From an uncultured Rikenellaceae bacterium (GTDB lineage Bacteria; Bacteroidota; Bacteroidia; Bacteroidales; VadinHA17), in assembly GCA_964639725.1 (NCBI GenBank), contig CAZXFB010000007.1:58177-122176 (forward strand): a DNA stretch of 64,000 nucleotides, read 5' to 3'. The position numbers and the translations under genes are program-made. Below the pieces are notes generated by a model, which made no database searches, was not told the DNA's origin, and saw only the letters and a list, made by a program, of their open reading frames with translations. How positions within the stretch are numbered: the first letter of the stretch is position 1; each line of letters opens with the position of its first letter. Below are positions 17,178 through 25,227 of the stretch, piece by piece.

Positions 17178-18260
17178 TTACTTCCTGCCAGGAGGAACCC
17201 ACATAACCATCGGATCAGGCCCCAGACCTGTTTTAATAATGGCCTCAACAGTAAGAGTTTTCATGTCAATTACATGAACTCCGTCAGATTTTTGACCTGA
17301 AAAAGTTAATATTTCTTTGCCATTGGGATCAATCTCAGTTTTATCTGAATCCTCACAACCAACAAAAGCCCGTGTGCCATCAGGTGTTAATTCAATACCG
17401 ATAGCATAGTCTCCGACCCTTATTCTTTTTATTTCTTTATGAGTAGCCACATCAATTACAGTAAGTACACCCTCTTTTATCCATCCTGGTATCAGTGCAA
17501 GTTTGCCGTCATTTGTAAACTTAATACGTACAGGCATTCCAGGGCAGTCGAATGTTTCGAGAGCAATATTTGATGCCACGTCAATAATTGTTATCGTACC
17601 ACCTGTCTGATTAGCAGCCCAGAGATATTTTCCATCAGGTGTAAATGCCATACCTTCAACTCCACTACCACACTTTATCTGTGTTATAAGATTACCAGAC
17701 ACCCTGTCGATTACCGAAATATTCTCCGATACGATATTTGCTGTATAAAGTTTTTGCCCATCGGGTGAGATATAAACCATATGGGAGATTTTACCATTTG
17801 TCGGAATACCTCTCACCACTTCATTAGTCTTTGTATCAATCTCAACAACATATCCCGTTTGTCCTGCGGTAAAGTATGCATTTCTGCCATCGGGTGCCAT
17901 GGCTGAACCATGTATACGAGTAAATTCTCCGGTATTTATCTGTTTTATGTGCTTTCTGCCCACCAGGTCAATAAGTGAAATAGTATTACCGGGTGGTGCA
18001 TAATTTGTCAGATAGGCAAATCGTTGGTCTGGTGAAACAATTATCTCGTGCGGATTTGGACCAGTTCTTATTGTCTCAATTACTTTAAGGGTTCTAGGAT
18101 TGATAAAACATAACGAATTGGAATGTTTGTTGGCTACTAGCAAGAGAGGCTCAGGATTACTCTTTTCACTGGCTGACATAACATTAGCAACAAACAAAAT
18201 ATAAACTGTAATAACAGCACTCTTCATTATCTGAGAAATCAGAACTGAACCTCTCTTCAT
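17178..18260 (-). CDS. Secreted YVTN/YncE-type seven-bladed beta-propeller protein (possible lactonase-like)
   Basis: Signal peptide present. Repeated blades of the type G-x-x-P-x-x-I-x-x-S-P-D-G-x-x-x-Y-x-x-N: GPNPHEIIVSPDQRFAYLTN, HMVYISPDGQKLYTAN, GMAFTPDGKYLWAAN and IELTPDGTRAFV. Confidence 0.55.
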   Translation of the reverse strand: MKRGSVLISQIMKSAVITVYILFVANVMSASEKSNPEPLLLVANKHSNSLCFINPRTLKVIETIRTGPNPHEIIVSPDQRFAYLTNYAPPGNTISLIDLVGRKHIKQINTGEFTRIHGSAMAPDGRNAYFTAGQTGYVVEIDTKTNEVVRGIPTNGKISHMVYISPDGQKLYTANIVSENISVIDRVSGNLITQIKCGSGVEGMAFTPDGKYLWAANQTGGTITIIDVASNIALETFDCPGMPVRIKFTNDGKLALIPGWIKEGVLTVIDVATHKEIKRIRVGDYAIGIELTPDGTRAFVGCEDSDKTEIDPNGKEILTFSGQKSDGVHVIDMKTLTVEAIIKTGLGPDPMVMWVPPGRK

Positions 18261-18354
18261 AATTGTTCAATAGTAACAGATAAAAACACTAGCCAACAGA
18301 TATGTAAGTACTTCAGGAAAATCAACTTTTTGAAATGTCGATTCAAATTAATGT

Positions 18355-19266
18355 TCACAATCGGGTAAGATCAATTTTTCTGAAAAACAATTCCGCACCT
18401 TCTGATTGTATCTGGATATGTCCGCTGCGAGGTTGGACATCAATGGCCTGGTTCATTAATGTACCATTCAGATATATTGTTATCTCTTGTCCTTTAACTA
18501 TACACTCAATTCTGTTCCATTTACCAACTGGCTTCTCAATGTTATTCTTTCCACGAAATCCTTTAACATCCTTCCATTCCGGATCACGTCCATACCAATT
18601 TATTCGTCCTCCATTAATTGTTACCGGATTTCCACCTGGTTTGAAGACATACGAGCCTCCTTGTTTTTCAGGTTCTACAGGACAGGTAAGTAAAAATGAA
18701 GGAGATCCGTCACCTACTACCAGCAAGTCGCCAGTTCCACCTTCAATAATCTGACATTCAATTGAATGCATCCATATACCTGAATATCCACCATCTTCTC
18801 CTTTTGAATGCAACAATACACCACTATCTCTTGCCTTATCAATACGTGGGGGAAACGTAATTTCACCATATTTAAACTCAACAACAAGTTTGTAATTCTC
18901 GAACTCATCATTTGTTGTTATGCAACCAAATTCCTCACCGGAGATTCGTATCAGATTTTCCCTGACTGTAAATACTTTATTCGGATCATTATCACGACCT
19001 TTTCCTTTAATAAAAGTGTACCAGCCGTCAAGGTTATTACCATTAAATAATTTGATTGTCGACTCTCCGGATGATTTTTTTGGTTTATTCTTACCACTCC
19101 GTGATTGAGCTGAACCTTGATCAACAATAATCAAAATTGTAAACAGCAAAATAATAGTTGAAACAGTCAGTCTCTTTATTTCAGATGTCATAATTATTTT
19201 TTTTATTAATTTCAGATTGGAGTCATTTCCGGAATGATTGCAGCTTTTTGAATTCAGTATGGTCAT
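18355..19266 (-). CDS. DUF1080 (3-keto-disaccharide hydrolase-like) secreted protein
   Basis: IKLFNGNNLDGWYTF, FENYKLVVEFKY, DSGVLLHS, ECQIIEGGTGDL, GKWNRIECIVKGQEITIYLNG and GHIQIQSEGAELFFRKIDL. The ATG at 19266 overlaps the upstream stop as ATGA. Met at 19191 (MTSEIKRL...) is an alternative start. Confidence 0.65.
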   Translation of the reverse strand: MTILNSKSCNHSGNDSNLKLIKKIIMTSEIKRLTVSTIILLFTILIIVDQGSAQSRSGKNKPKKSSGESTIKLFNGNNLDGWYTFIKGKGRDNDPNKVFTVRENLIRISGEEFGCITTNDEFENYKLVVEFKYGEITFPPRIDKARDSGVLLHSKGEDGGYSGIWMHSIECQIIEGGTGDLLVVGDGSPSFLLTCPVEPEKQGGSYVFKPGGNPVTINGGRINWYGRDPEWKDVKGFRGKNNIEKPVGKWNRIECIVKGQEITIYLNGTLMNQAIDVQPRSGHIQIQSEGAELFFRKIDLTRL

Positions 19267-20282
19267 TTCTTTGCATTCTGTTCTGCCGATTTGTCGGCAG
19301 CAAATACAACTTTGTGTGTTAACATTGCATCAGACAGGCTGGTTAATGGCATTTCCTTTCCCTCGTCAACTGCCTTAAAGAAAGCTTCGAACTGGACCTG
19401 ATAGGGATGATCTGACACATCACCGGAATCAAGCATTTTCATAGAGAGTTCACTCCATTTGCCTTTATTAAGTCCGCCCAGTTTTGTGGAATAGAACTTG
19501 TTATCAAGGAGAGATCCCTCACTGCCAACAAGGTGAAAATGGAAATAGTATGGTTGTAAACAATCAATTATGGAGGCAACTTTACCGACAGCACCATTCT
19601 TGAATTTTATTATTGATACAGAACTGGTAGGATATTCGTATTTCGAAAAGTCTTTATTGGAAGAAGATGCTGAATAACTGCTCACTGTATCAAATTCGCT
19701 GCCCATACATAATAGCAGGGCATCCATAGCATGACATCCAGCTGATAAAAGGCTGCTAACTGCAGCTTCTTTTTTTGTGTTCCAGCGAAACTGGCCATAC
19801 CAAGGTCCAATACCATGATAATAATCTACTTCGCCATAATGAATTTTTCCAAGCAAACCACTGTCAATAACAGCTTTAATAGAAAGGAGCTGACTTGAAA
19901 ACCTGCATTCAAAACAGACACAAGTCTTAACTCCGGCTTGTTTTACGGCTGCTTCAATAGCCATACAATCCTCCCATGTGAGGGCAAGGGGTTTCTCAAT
20001 GATAAGATGTTTTCCTGCTTTGGCAGCAGCAATAGCCTGTTTAGCATGTTCAGCAGGATAACTGCAGATAGAAACAGCATGAATTTCAGGATCAGCAAGC
20101 ATTTTTGAAAGGTCTGTATAGCAAGCTATTGTCCCGCCGTGTTTGGCACTTATTTCTGCAGAATCAAGTTTTCTGGAAGAACAGAGTGCAGTGACCTGCG
20201 CATATGAAGTATTATTTATTGCTGCAATGTGTGCTCCTGCGGCCCAGCTGTAACCAATTATACCAACATTATATTTCTTCAT
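19263..20282 (-). CDS. Gfo/Idh/MocA-family NAD(P)-dependent oxidoreductase (no leader)
   Basis: N-terminal Rossmann motif MKKYNVGIIGYSWAAGAH and the EKP motif in HLIIEKPLALT. Confidence 0.8.
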   Translation of the reverse strand: MKKYNVGIIGYSWAAGAHIAAINNTSYAQVTALCSSRKLDSAEISAKHGGTIACYTDLSKMLADPEIHAVSICSYPAEHAKQAIAAAKAGKHLIIEKPLALTWEDCMAIEAAVKQAGVKTCVCFECRFSSQLLSIKAVIDSGLLGKIHYGEVDYYHGIGPWYGQFRWNTKKEAAVSSLLSAGCHAMDALLLCMGSEFDTVSSYSASSSNKDFSKYEYPTSSVSIIKFKNGAVGKVASIIDCLQPYYFHFHLVGSEGSLLDNKFYSTKLGGLNKGKWSELSMKMLDSGDVSDHPYQVQFEAFFKAVDEGKEMPLTSLSDAMLTHKVVFAADKSAEQNAKK

Positions 20283-20541
20283 AGTTTATGATATTAATTA
20301 AAATTAGTTTTATAAGATTCAAGATGCATGATTGTAATTATACTAATATTCAAATATAATTTTTTTAATAAAGAGATACAATAACATAATTATAAATTAC
20401 AACCTTTACGTAAATAAAAAAAATATTGAACTTATGAAAGTTTGATTTGAATGAAGTTTGACAGAACTTCAATTTGAAAAAAATAGAATATTGACTATAT
20501 TTCCATTGAGTTTGAATAGCAGAAGTAAAATAATTAAAAGA

Positions 20542-21894
20542 ATGAAAAAGCAATCTAGAAGGAAGTTTATTGTTACTTCAGGTTCTGGTGCATTGTTCTC
20601 GATGGCTGCCAGCAGTATACCATCAGTGTTTAGTAATAATGAAGCAGGCAAACTTGCTTTATCAGGAGGAGATCCGGTGAGAAAGACGAAATTTCCATCC
20701 TGGCCTGTTTGGGATGAAAATGATGAAAAAGCAATCATCCCTGTGTTACGAAGCGGAGTATGGTCAAGACGTAATGTTGTTACTCAGGCTGAACAGAAAT
20801 TCGCCAAACTTATGGGTTCCAATTACTGTCTTCTGACTACAAACGGAACAAATGCTCTAGTTGCTGCTTTAAGAGCATTAGGTGTTGAAGGAGGTGATGA
20901 AGTAATTACGACCCCATGGAGTTGGATATCATCAATGGCTTCAATTTTCCTTAATAATGCGCTTCCCGTATTTGTTGACATTGATCCTGAAACATGGATG
21001 TTAAATGCAGACCAGATTGAGGCACAAATTAACGCTGACACAAAGGCAATTCTAGCTGTCCAGATCACCGGTGGAATATGTCATATGGATAAAGTAAATA
21101 ATATTGCCAAAAAGCATAATCTAAAGGTGGTTGAAGATGCCTGTGAGGCCCACATGGCAGAATGGAAGGGAAAGAAAGCAGGAACTCTCGGTGATCTTGG
21201 GTGCTTTAGTCTGCAAAATGGAAAACAGTTAACCTGTGGAGAGGGTGGTGCCATACTTGGAAACGACGAACGGATCATGGACCTATGTTATTCAGTACAT
21301 AATGTCGGAGCAGTATATGGCAAGTATATGCCTAGAGATAAAGGTACATTTCCTGTTTTAGGGACAAAAGCCAGAATGGCAGAATACCAGGCATCAATGG
21401 TAATAACACAGATGGATACACTTGAGCTGGAAACACAAAAAAGATGTGAAAATGCTGATTATCTATCATTAAAAATCGGGGAAATTCCCGGAATTGTTCC
21501 AAGGAAAGATTATCCTGAGACAAACCGTACTTCATACTATTATTATGGATTCAGGTTTAAAGAAAAAGAATTTGGTATAACTCGCGATGCTTTTGTGAAA
21601 GCTATCCAGGCAGAAGGCCTTCCTCCAAGTACCAATCTTGGTGTTACTTCCTATCCTCTTTATCAAAATGGTGTCGTAGATTCTGTAATCAGTTCAAGAA
21701 CATACCAGAAATTGTATTCTAAAAAGAGACTTGATGATTACCGTGCTTCATTAAATCTGCCGGAAGTGGAAAAATTATGTAAAGAAACTGTAGGTTTTCA
21801 TAGCAACACTTTGCTGGGTCCGAAATCAGATATGGATGATATTTACCGGGCTATACTTAAAGTATATGAGAACAGGAACCAGCTTAAAGGATAA
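20542..21894 (+). CDS. Tat-leader DegT/DnrJ/EryC1/StrS-family PLP aminotransferase
   Basis: I chose Met at 20542, giving MKKQSRRKFIVTSGSGALFSMAASS (a twin-arginine leader). Other motifs are TNGTNALVAALRAL, GDEVITTP, VVEDACEAH and the PLP-lysine block CFSLQNGKQLTCGEGGAI. The longer ORF from 20458 adds 28 aa that do not resemble a leader. Confidence 0.85.
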   Translation: MKKQSRRKFIVTSGSGALFSMAASSIPSVFSNNEAGKLALSGGDPVRKTKFPSWPVWDENDEKAIIPVLRSGVWSRRNVVTQAEQKFAKLMGSNYCLLTTNGTNALVAALRALGVEGGDEVITTPWSWISSMASIFLNNALPVFVDIDPETWMLNADQIEAQINADTKAILAVQITGGICHMDKVNNIAKKHNLKVVEDACEAHMAEWKGKKAGTLGDLGCFSLQNGKQLTCGEGGAILGNDERIMDLCYSVHNVGAVYGKYMPRDKGTFPVLGTKARMAEYQASMVITQMDTLELETQKRCENADYLSLKIGEIPGIVPRKDYPETNRTSYYYYGFRFKEKEFGITRDAFVKAIQAEGLPPSTNLGVTSYPLYQNGVVDSVISSRTYQKLYSKKRLDDYRASLNLPEVEKLCKETVGFHSNTLLGPKSDMDDIYRAILKVYENRNQLKG

Positions 21895-21952
21895 ACTATT
21901 AACCTTCATTACAAATGAAATGATAATCAAAAATAGATTTACAGGAGGAACC

Positions 21953-22936
21953 ATGAAAACAGAAAACTTTCTATTAAAACGTCCAGTGTTAATAACTATT
22001 ATTGCTCTTTTAGTTTTAGTTACAATTATAACATCTTTCAAATTATCTGATCCACGTTTGGTTCGATATGATGGACAAGAAAACATATCGGTTGAAGCTG
22101 CTAAAAAAAATCCCTCAATAGCTCCGGTTGCATCTCTAAGGATAGCTCTTGCCCAGGTAAGAAGGTGTGTATATATAAATGAGGGCATTAGGAAAATCGA
22201 CTCTATTTTGTCGGTATGCAGTCTTCAAAATGTAGATATAGTTTGCTTTCCTGAAACGTATATACCCGGTTTGCGTGGTGGAGGTGATGATTCCATGCTG
22301 CCTCCTCCTGATCAGCCGGCAATGGAAAAGGCACTTAAAGAAATAGAGAGATCATGCGGTAAATACAAAGTTGCGGCAATAGTAGGGATGGAATGGTTAA
22401 GCATTTCCGGACTTGAAAACCGTGCTTTTGTAATTTCAGATGAAGGTAAATTACTGGGACATCAGACTAAAAACCAGATTACCCCTGGGGGAGAAGAAAA
22501 ACATTATGTTCCTGAAGATACCCGAAGTCTATTTGTCCTAAAAGGTGTCACATTCGGAATTGTCATATGCCATGAAGGATGGCGTTTTCCTGAAACGGTA
22601 AGGTGGGCAGCGGTAAGAGGAGCTAAAATTGTTTTTCAACCTCAGGTGACCGGAGGTAATGAACCTGGAATATTTAAACCAAAGCCATGGGGAGACTCTT
22701 ACTATGAAATGGCAATGGTACTGCGGTCAAAAGAGAACTCTATCTATTTCGCAAGTGTAAATGAATGCATGAATAAGCAAAATTCCTCAACATCACTTAT
22801 TGACCCGGAAGGTAATATGATTGATCATTTACCCTGCGGTATTGAAGCAATAATGATAAAAGATATTGACCCTGCAAAAGCTACAGGATTTTATGCATCA
22901 CGGTACAGACCGGAACGATACAAGGAAGCCAAATAA
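21953..22936 (+). CDS. Membrane-anchored carbon-nitrogen hydrolase (nitrilase superfamily)
   Basis: Met at 21953 is preceded by AGGAGGA. The N-terminal TM segment is PVLITIIALLVLVTIITS. The Glu motif is CFPETYIPG and the catalytic Cys block is FGIVICHEGWRFPE. Confidence 0.7.
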   Translation: MKTENFLLKRPVLITIIALLVLVTIITSFKLSDPRLVRYDGQENISVEAAKKNPSIAPVASLRIALAQVRRCVYINEGIRKIDSILSVCSLQNVDIVCFPETYIPGLRGGGDDSMLPPPDQPAMEKALKEIERSCGKYKVAAIVGMEWLSISGLENRAFVISDEGKLLGHQTKNQITPGGEEKHYVPEDTRSLFVLKGVTFGIVICHEGWRFPETVRWAAVRGAKIVFQPQVTGGNEPGIFKPKPWGDSYYEMAMVLRSKENSIYFASVNECMNKQNSSTSLIDPEGNMIDHLPCGIEAIMIKDIDPAKATGFYASRYRPERYKEAK

Positions 22937-22969
22937 TCTTAATATACTTTCTGATATATCTATATAACC

Positions 22970-23896
22970 TCAGCTATTTTGAATTATTTTCTGGAGATAA
23001 TCTTTGGTTTTCAGCAAATATTCACTGTTTCTGCTGGCAAGTTCATATTCAATTGTAATACTGCCACTAAAATCCAGTTGCCTTAGAAAGGAGATTACCT
23101 CAGGAAAATTAACCTCTCCTGTTGGTATAGGAACCTCTTTCCCCAACTCATAGGGATTTGTCGGATAATTACCATCTTTTGCATGAAGAGCTCTGACATA
23201 TTTCCCCAGTACCTTTAATCCGTCAACAGGATTTGATTTCCCGTACATAACAAGGTTAGCCGTGTCATAATTCACGAACAGGTTACCTGTTCCAATATCT
23301 AAAATTGCACGTAAAAGGGCAACAGGAGTCTCCTGTCCTGTTTCAAAATAGATGTCAATACCTTTATTGAGTGCATATTCTCCCAGAGGTTTCATAGTGT
23401 CAACAAACTCAATATACAGGATATCCTTCGGGTCTTCAGGGATAAAACCAAAATGGGCATGAACTGCAGGGATACCTGCAGCTTTACAAAAATCAATACC
23501 CTGTTTAAATCGTTCCACCCGGGCAGTCCGGTTTTCGCGAGGAACAAGACCAATTGTTGAGGGGCCATCAGGGAAATTGTATTTGTAAACTCCGGGGCCC
23601 ATACAGATCAATGAAGTTGGCAATATCCTGTATTTTTCTAGTGTGGTAACCAACCTTGCTGCCAGTTCCGGTGAATAGCTCTTAAGGTTAAGCTGGCATG
23701 TAGGAAAACCCAGGTCTCTGACAATTTTTAAATCTTCTTCGGGATTATTGGCGGCAGAGATCACACCAAGTAAAATATCCTTAGAAGCTACTTTTATATC
23801 TGAGACCGGTGCTCTCCCGAAAGAGGAAATAGCAGCAGGCATGGCAGCAATTACAGCTGCGGAACTGATAAACTTCCTTCGATTTATTTTCGCCAT
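22970..23896 (-). CDS. Tat-leader xylose-isomerase-like TIM-barrel protein (sugar phosphate isomerase/epimerase family)
   Basis: Leader MAKINRRKFISSAAVIAAMPAAISSFG. Metal-ligand-like positions are spread as in the AP-endonuclease-2/xylose isomerase fold: AVHAHFG, YFETGQE, ALHAKDG and TIEYE. Confidence 0.7.
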   Translation of the reverse strand: MAKINRRKFISSAAVIAAMPAAISSFGRAPVSDIKVASKDILLGVISAANNPEEDLKIVRDLGFPTCQLNLKSYSPELAARLVTTLEKYRILPTSLICMGPGVYKYNFPDGPSTIGLVPRENRTARVERFKQGIDFCKAAGIPAVHAHFGFIPEDPKDILYIEFVDTMKPLGEYALNKGIDIYFETGQETPVALLRAILDIGTGNLFVNYDTANLVMYGKSNPVDGLKVLGKYVRALHAKDGNYPTNPYELGKEVPIPTGEVNFPEVISFLRQLDFSGSITIEYELASRNSEYLLKTKDYLQKIIQNS

Positions 23897-23908
23897 ATGA
23901 TTAATGTT

Positions 23909-25180
23909 TTATTTATCAAATTGTGAAAGATTTAACATTGGATCAAGTTTTGCATTTGAAAATATCATTTCGTCCCATAAAATTTCTTCACCAGCCATTG
24001 CAGCTGTTCTGCCCAATATTCCTGAGAGTGTCGATTCGGATCCTGAACGGGCTTCGTTGATATAGTTTCCTGTTTCTATACTCCTGACAAAGTCTTTATC
24101 CTTATTTGCATCAGCATCTGATAATGAAGAGAGAAAAATACCGGCAGCTCTCTGTTCCGGTGTCAGGACTGTATCCTTATTCTTCACAACACCTGAATCC
24201 CAGGGTTTTTCACCTGTAATAAATACTCCTCCACTGTAATGTGCCTCAGCTATACCTTTAGTTCCGATAAATCTGGCACATACATCACCTGATTGTTTTC
24301 CCTGCTGAACATTATAGTAGACAACTTTCACATTTTCAGGATAATCATAAAGAATCTGATAATTAGACCATGTGTCACCAAAACCGGTTCCTCCTTTTTT
24401 ACTTCCGGTACCAACTGCTTTTAACGGGTGTGCCTGTAAAGCCCAGTTACAAACATCAACCATATGTATTCCCTGGTCAACCAGACTACCCCCCGACAAT
24501 GCCTGAAAGTGATAATGATTCCTTATCCTTGCTTCATCATACGACATATTTTCATATGGTTTAACCGCCAGACCTGCTGCAATATAATATAATTGAGCAT
24601 TTACTATTTCACCCAGATCACCCTGCTGAATTCTTCTAATCATTTCAACATAAGCAGATGCAAACCTGATCTGAAAACCAATTGCAAGGCTGAGTTTACC
24701 TTTCGCCAATTCACCAAGCCTGATAACCTGCTGACATCCTGCAACATCTACAGCCACCGGTTTTTCAGAATAAACATGCTTACCAGCTGTAATTGCCGCC
24801 TCAATATACCCGGGATGCGAATAGCATGGAGAGGAGATGAGAACAGCATCAACATCTTTATTATTCAGAAGGGAAAGATATGCTTTTGAACCCTGATAAA
24901 TATTTGCTTTTGGTATCTCGGGCAATCCTTTTTCAGTATTTAGCTTATTTAAAACATTATTTGCATTCTGAATCCTGTCACTTAGCAGATCAGCCATTGC
25001 TATAATCGCAACGCCGGCGTTTTTGGACATTGAGGTGATAACGGCTGTTCCTCTGCCTCCGCAACCAATAATACCCATGCGTATTGCAGAATTGGCCTGT
25101 GACCCGAATGCTGTTCCAGGCTTTAGCAGCGTTATTGCTGATACAGCTGATGCGCTCTTTAGAAATGATCTTCTTTTCAT
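23909..25180 (-). CDS. Tat-leader Gfo/Idh/MocA-family oxidoreductase (candidate glycoside dehydrogenase)
   Basis: Leader MKRRSFLKSASAVSAITLL, Rossmann motif IRMGIIGCGGRG and EKP motif VYSEKPVA. The gap to the downstream TIM-barrel gene is 12 nt. Confidence 0.85.
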   Translation of the reverse strand: MKRRSFLKSASAVSAITLLKPGTAFGSQANSAIRMGIIGCGGRGTAVITSMSKNAGVAIIAMADLLSDRIQNANNVLNKLNTEKGLPEIPKANIYQGSKAYLSLLNNKDVDAVLISSPCYSHPGYIEAAITAGKHVYSEKPVAVDVAGCQQVIRLGELAKGKLSLAIGFQIRFASAYVEMIRRIQQGDLGEIVNAQLYYIAAGLAVKPYENMSYDEARIRNHYHFQALSGGSLVDQGIHMVDVCNWALQAHPLKAVGTGSKKGGTGFGDTWSNYQILYDYPENVKVVYYNVQQGKQSGDVCARFIGTKGIAEAHYSGGVFITGEKPWDSGVVKNKDTVLTPEQRAAGIFLSSLSDADANKDKDFVRSIETGNYINEARSGSESTLSGILGRTAAMAGEEILWDEMIFSNAKLDPMLNLSQFDK

Positions 25181-25227
25181 TTTATACTTTTTTTAAATTA
25201 ATGATAATCATGTTATAAGATATTTGG

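Noticed and set aside
18335-18754. A 139-aa plus-strand ORF with a Pro/Ser-rich tail, overlapping the DUF1080 gene.
   Set aside because: It is low-complexity, antisense to a gene with clear family motifs, and has no recognisable domain. It is most likely a shadow ORF.
20458-20541. N-terminal extensions of the longest ORFs: 20458 for DegT, 21836 for the CN hydrolase, 43084, 44251 and 45446 for family A, 53732, 56078, 63184 and 38373.
   Set aside because: The extensions precede well-formed Tat, Sec or lipobox leaders, or overlap the neighbouring gene. Internal Met codons give canonical leaders, so I used them. The starts remain unverified.
21826-22188. A 120-aa minus-strand ORF spanning the DegT stop and the carbon-nitrogen hydrolase start.
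   Set aside because: It overlaps two well-supported plus-strand genes and has no recognisable features.
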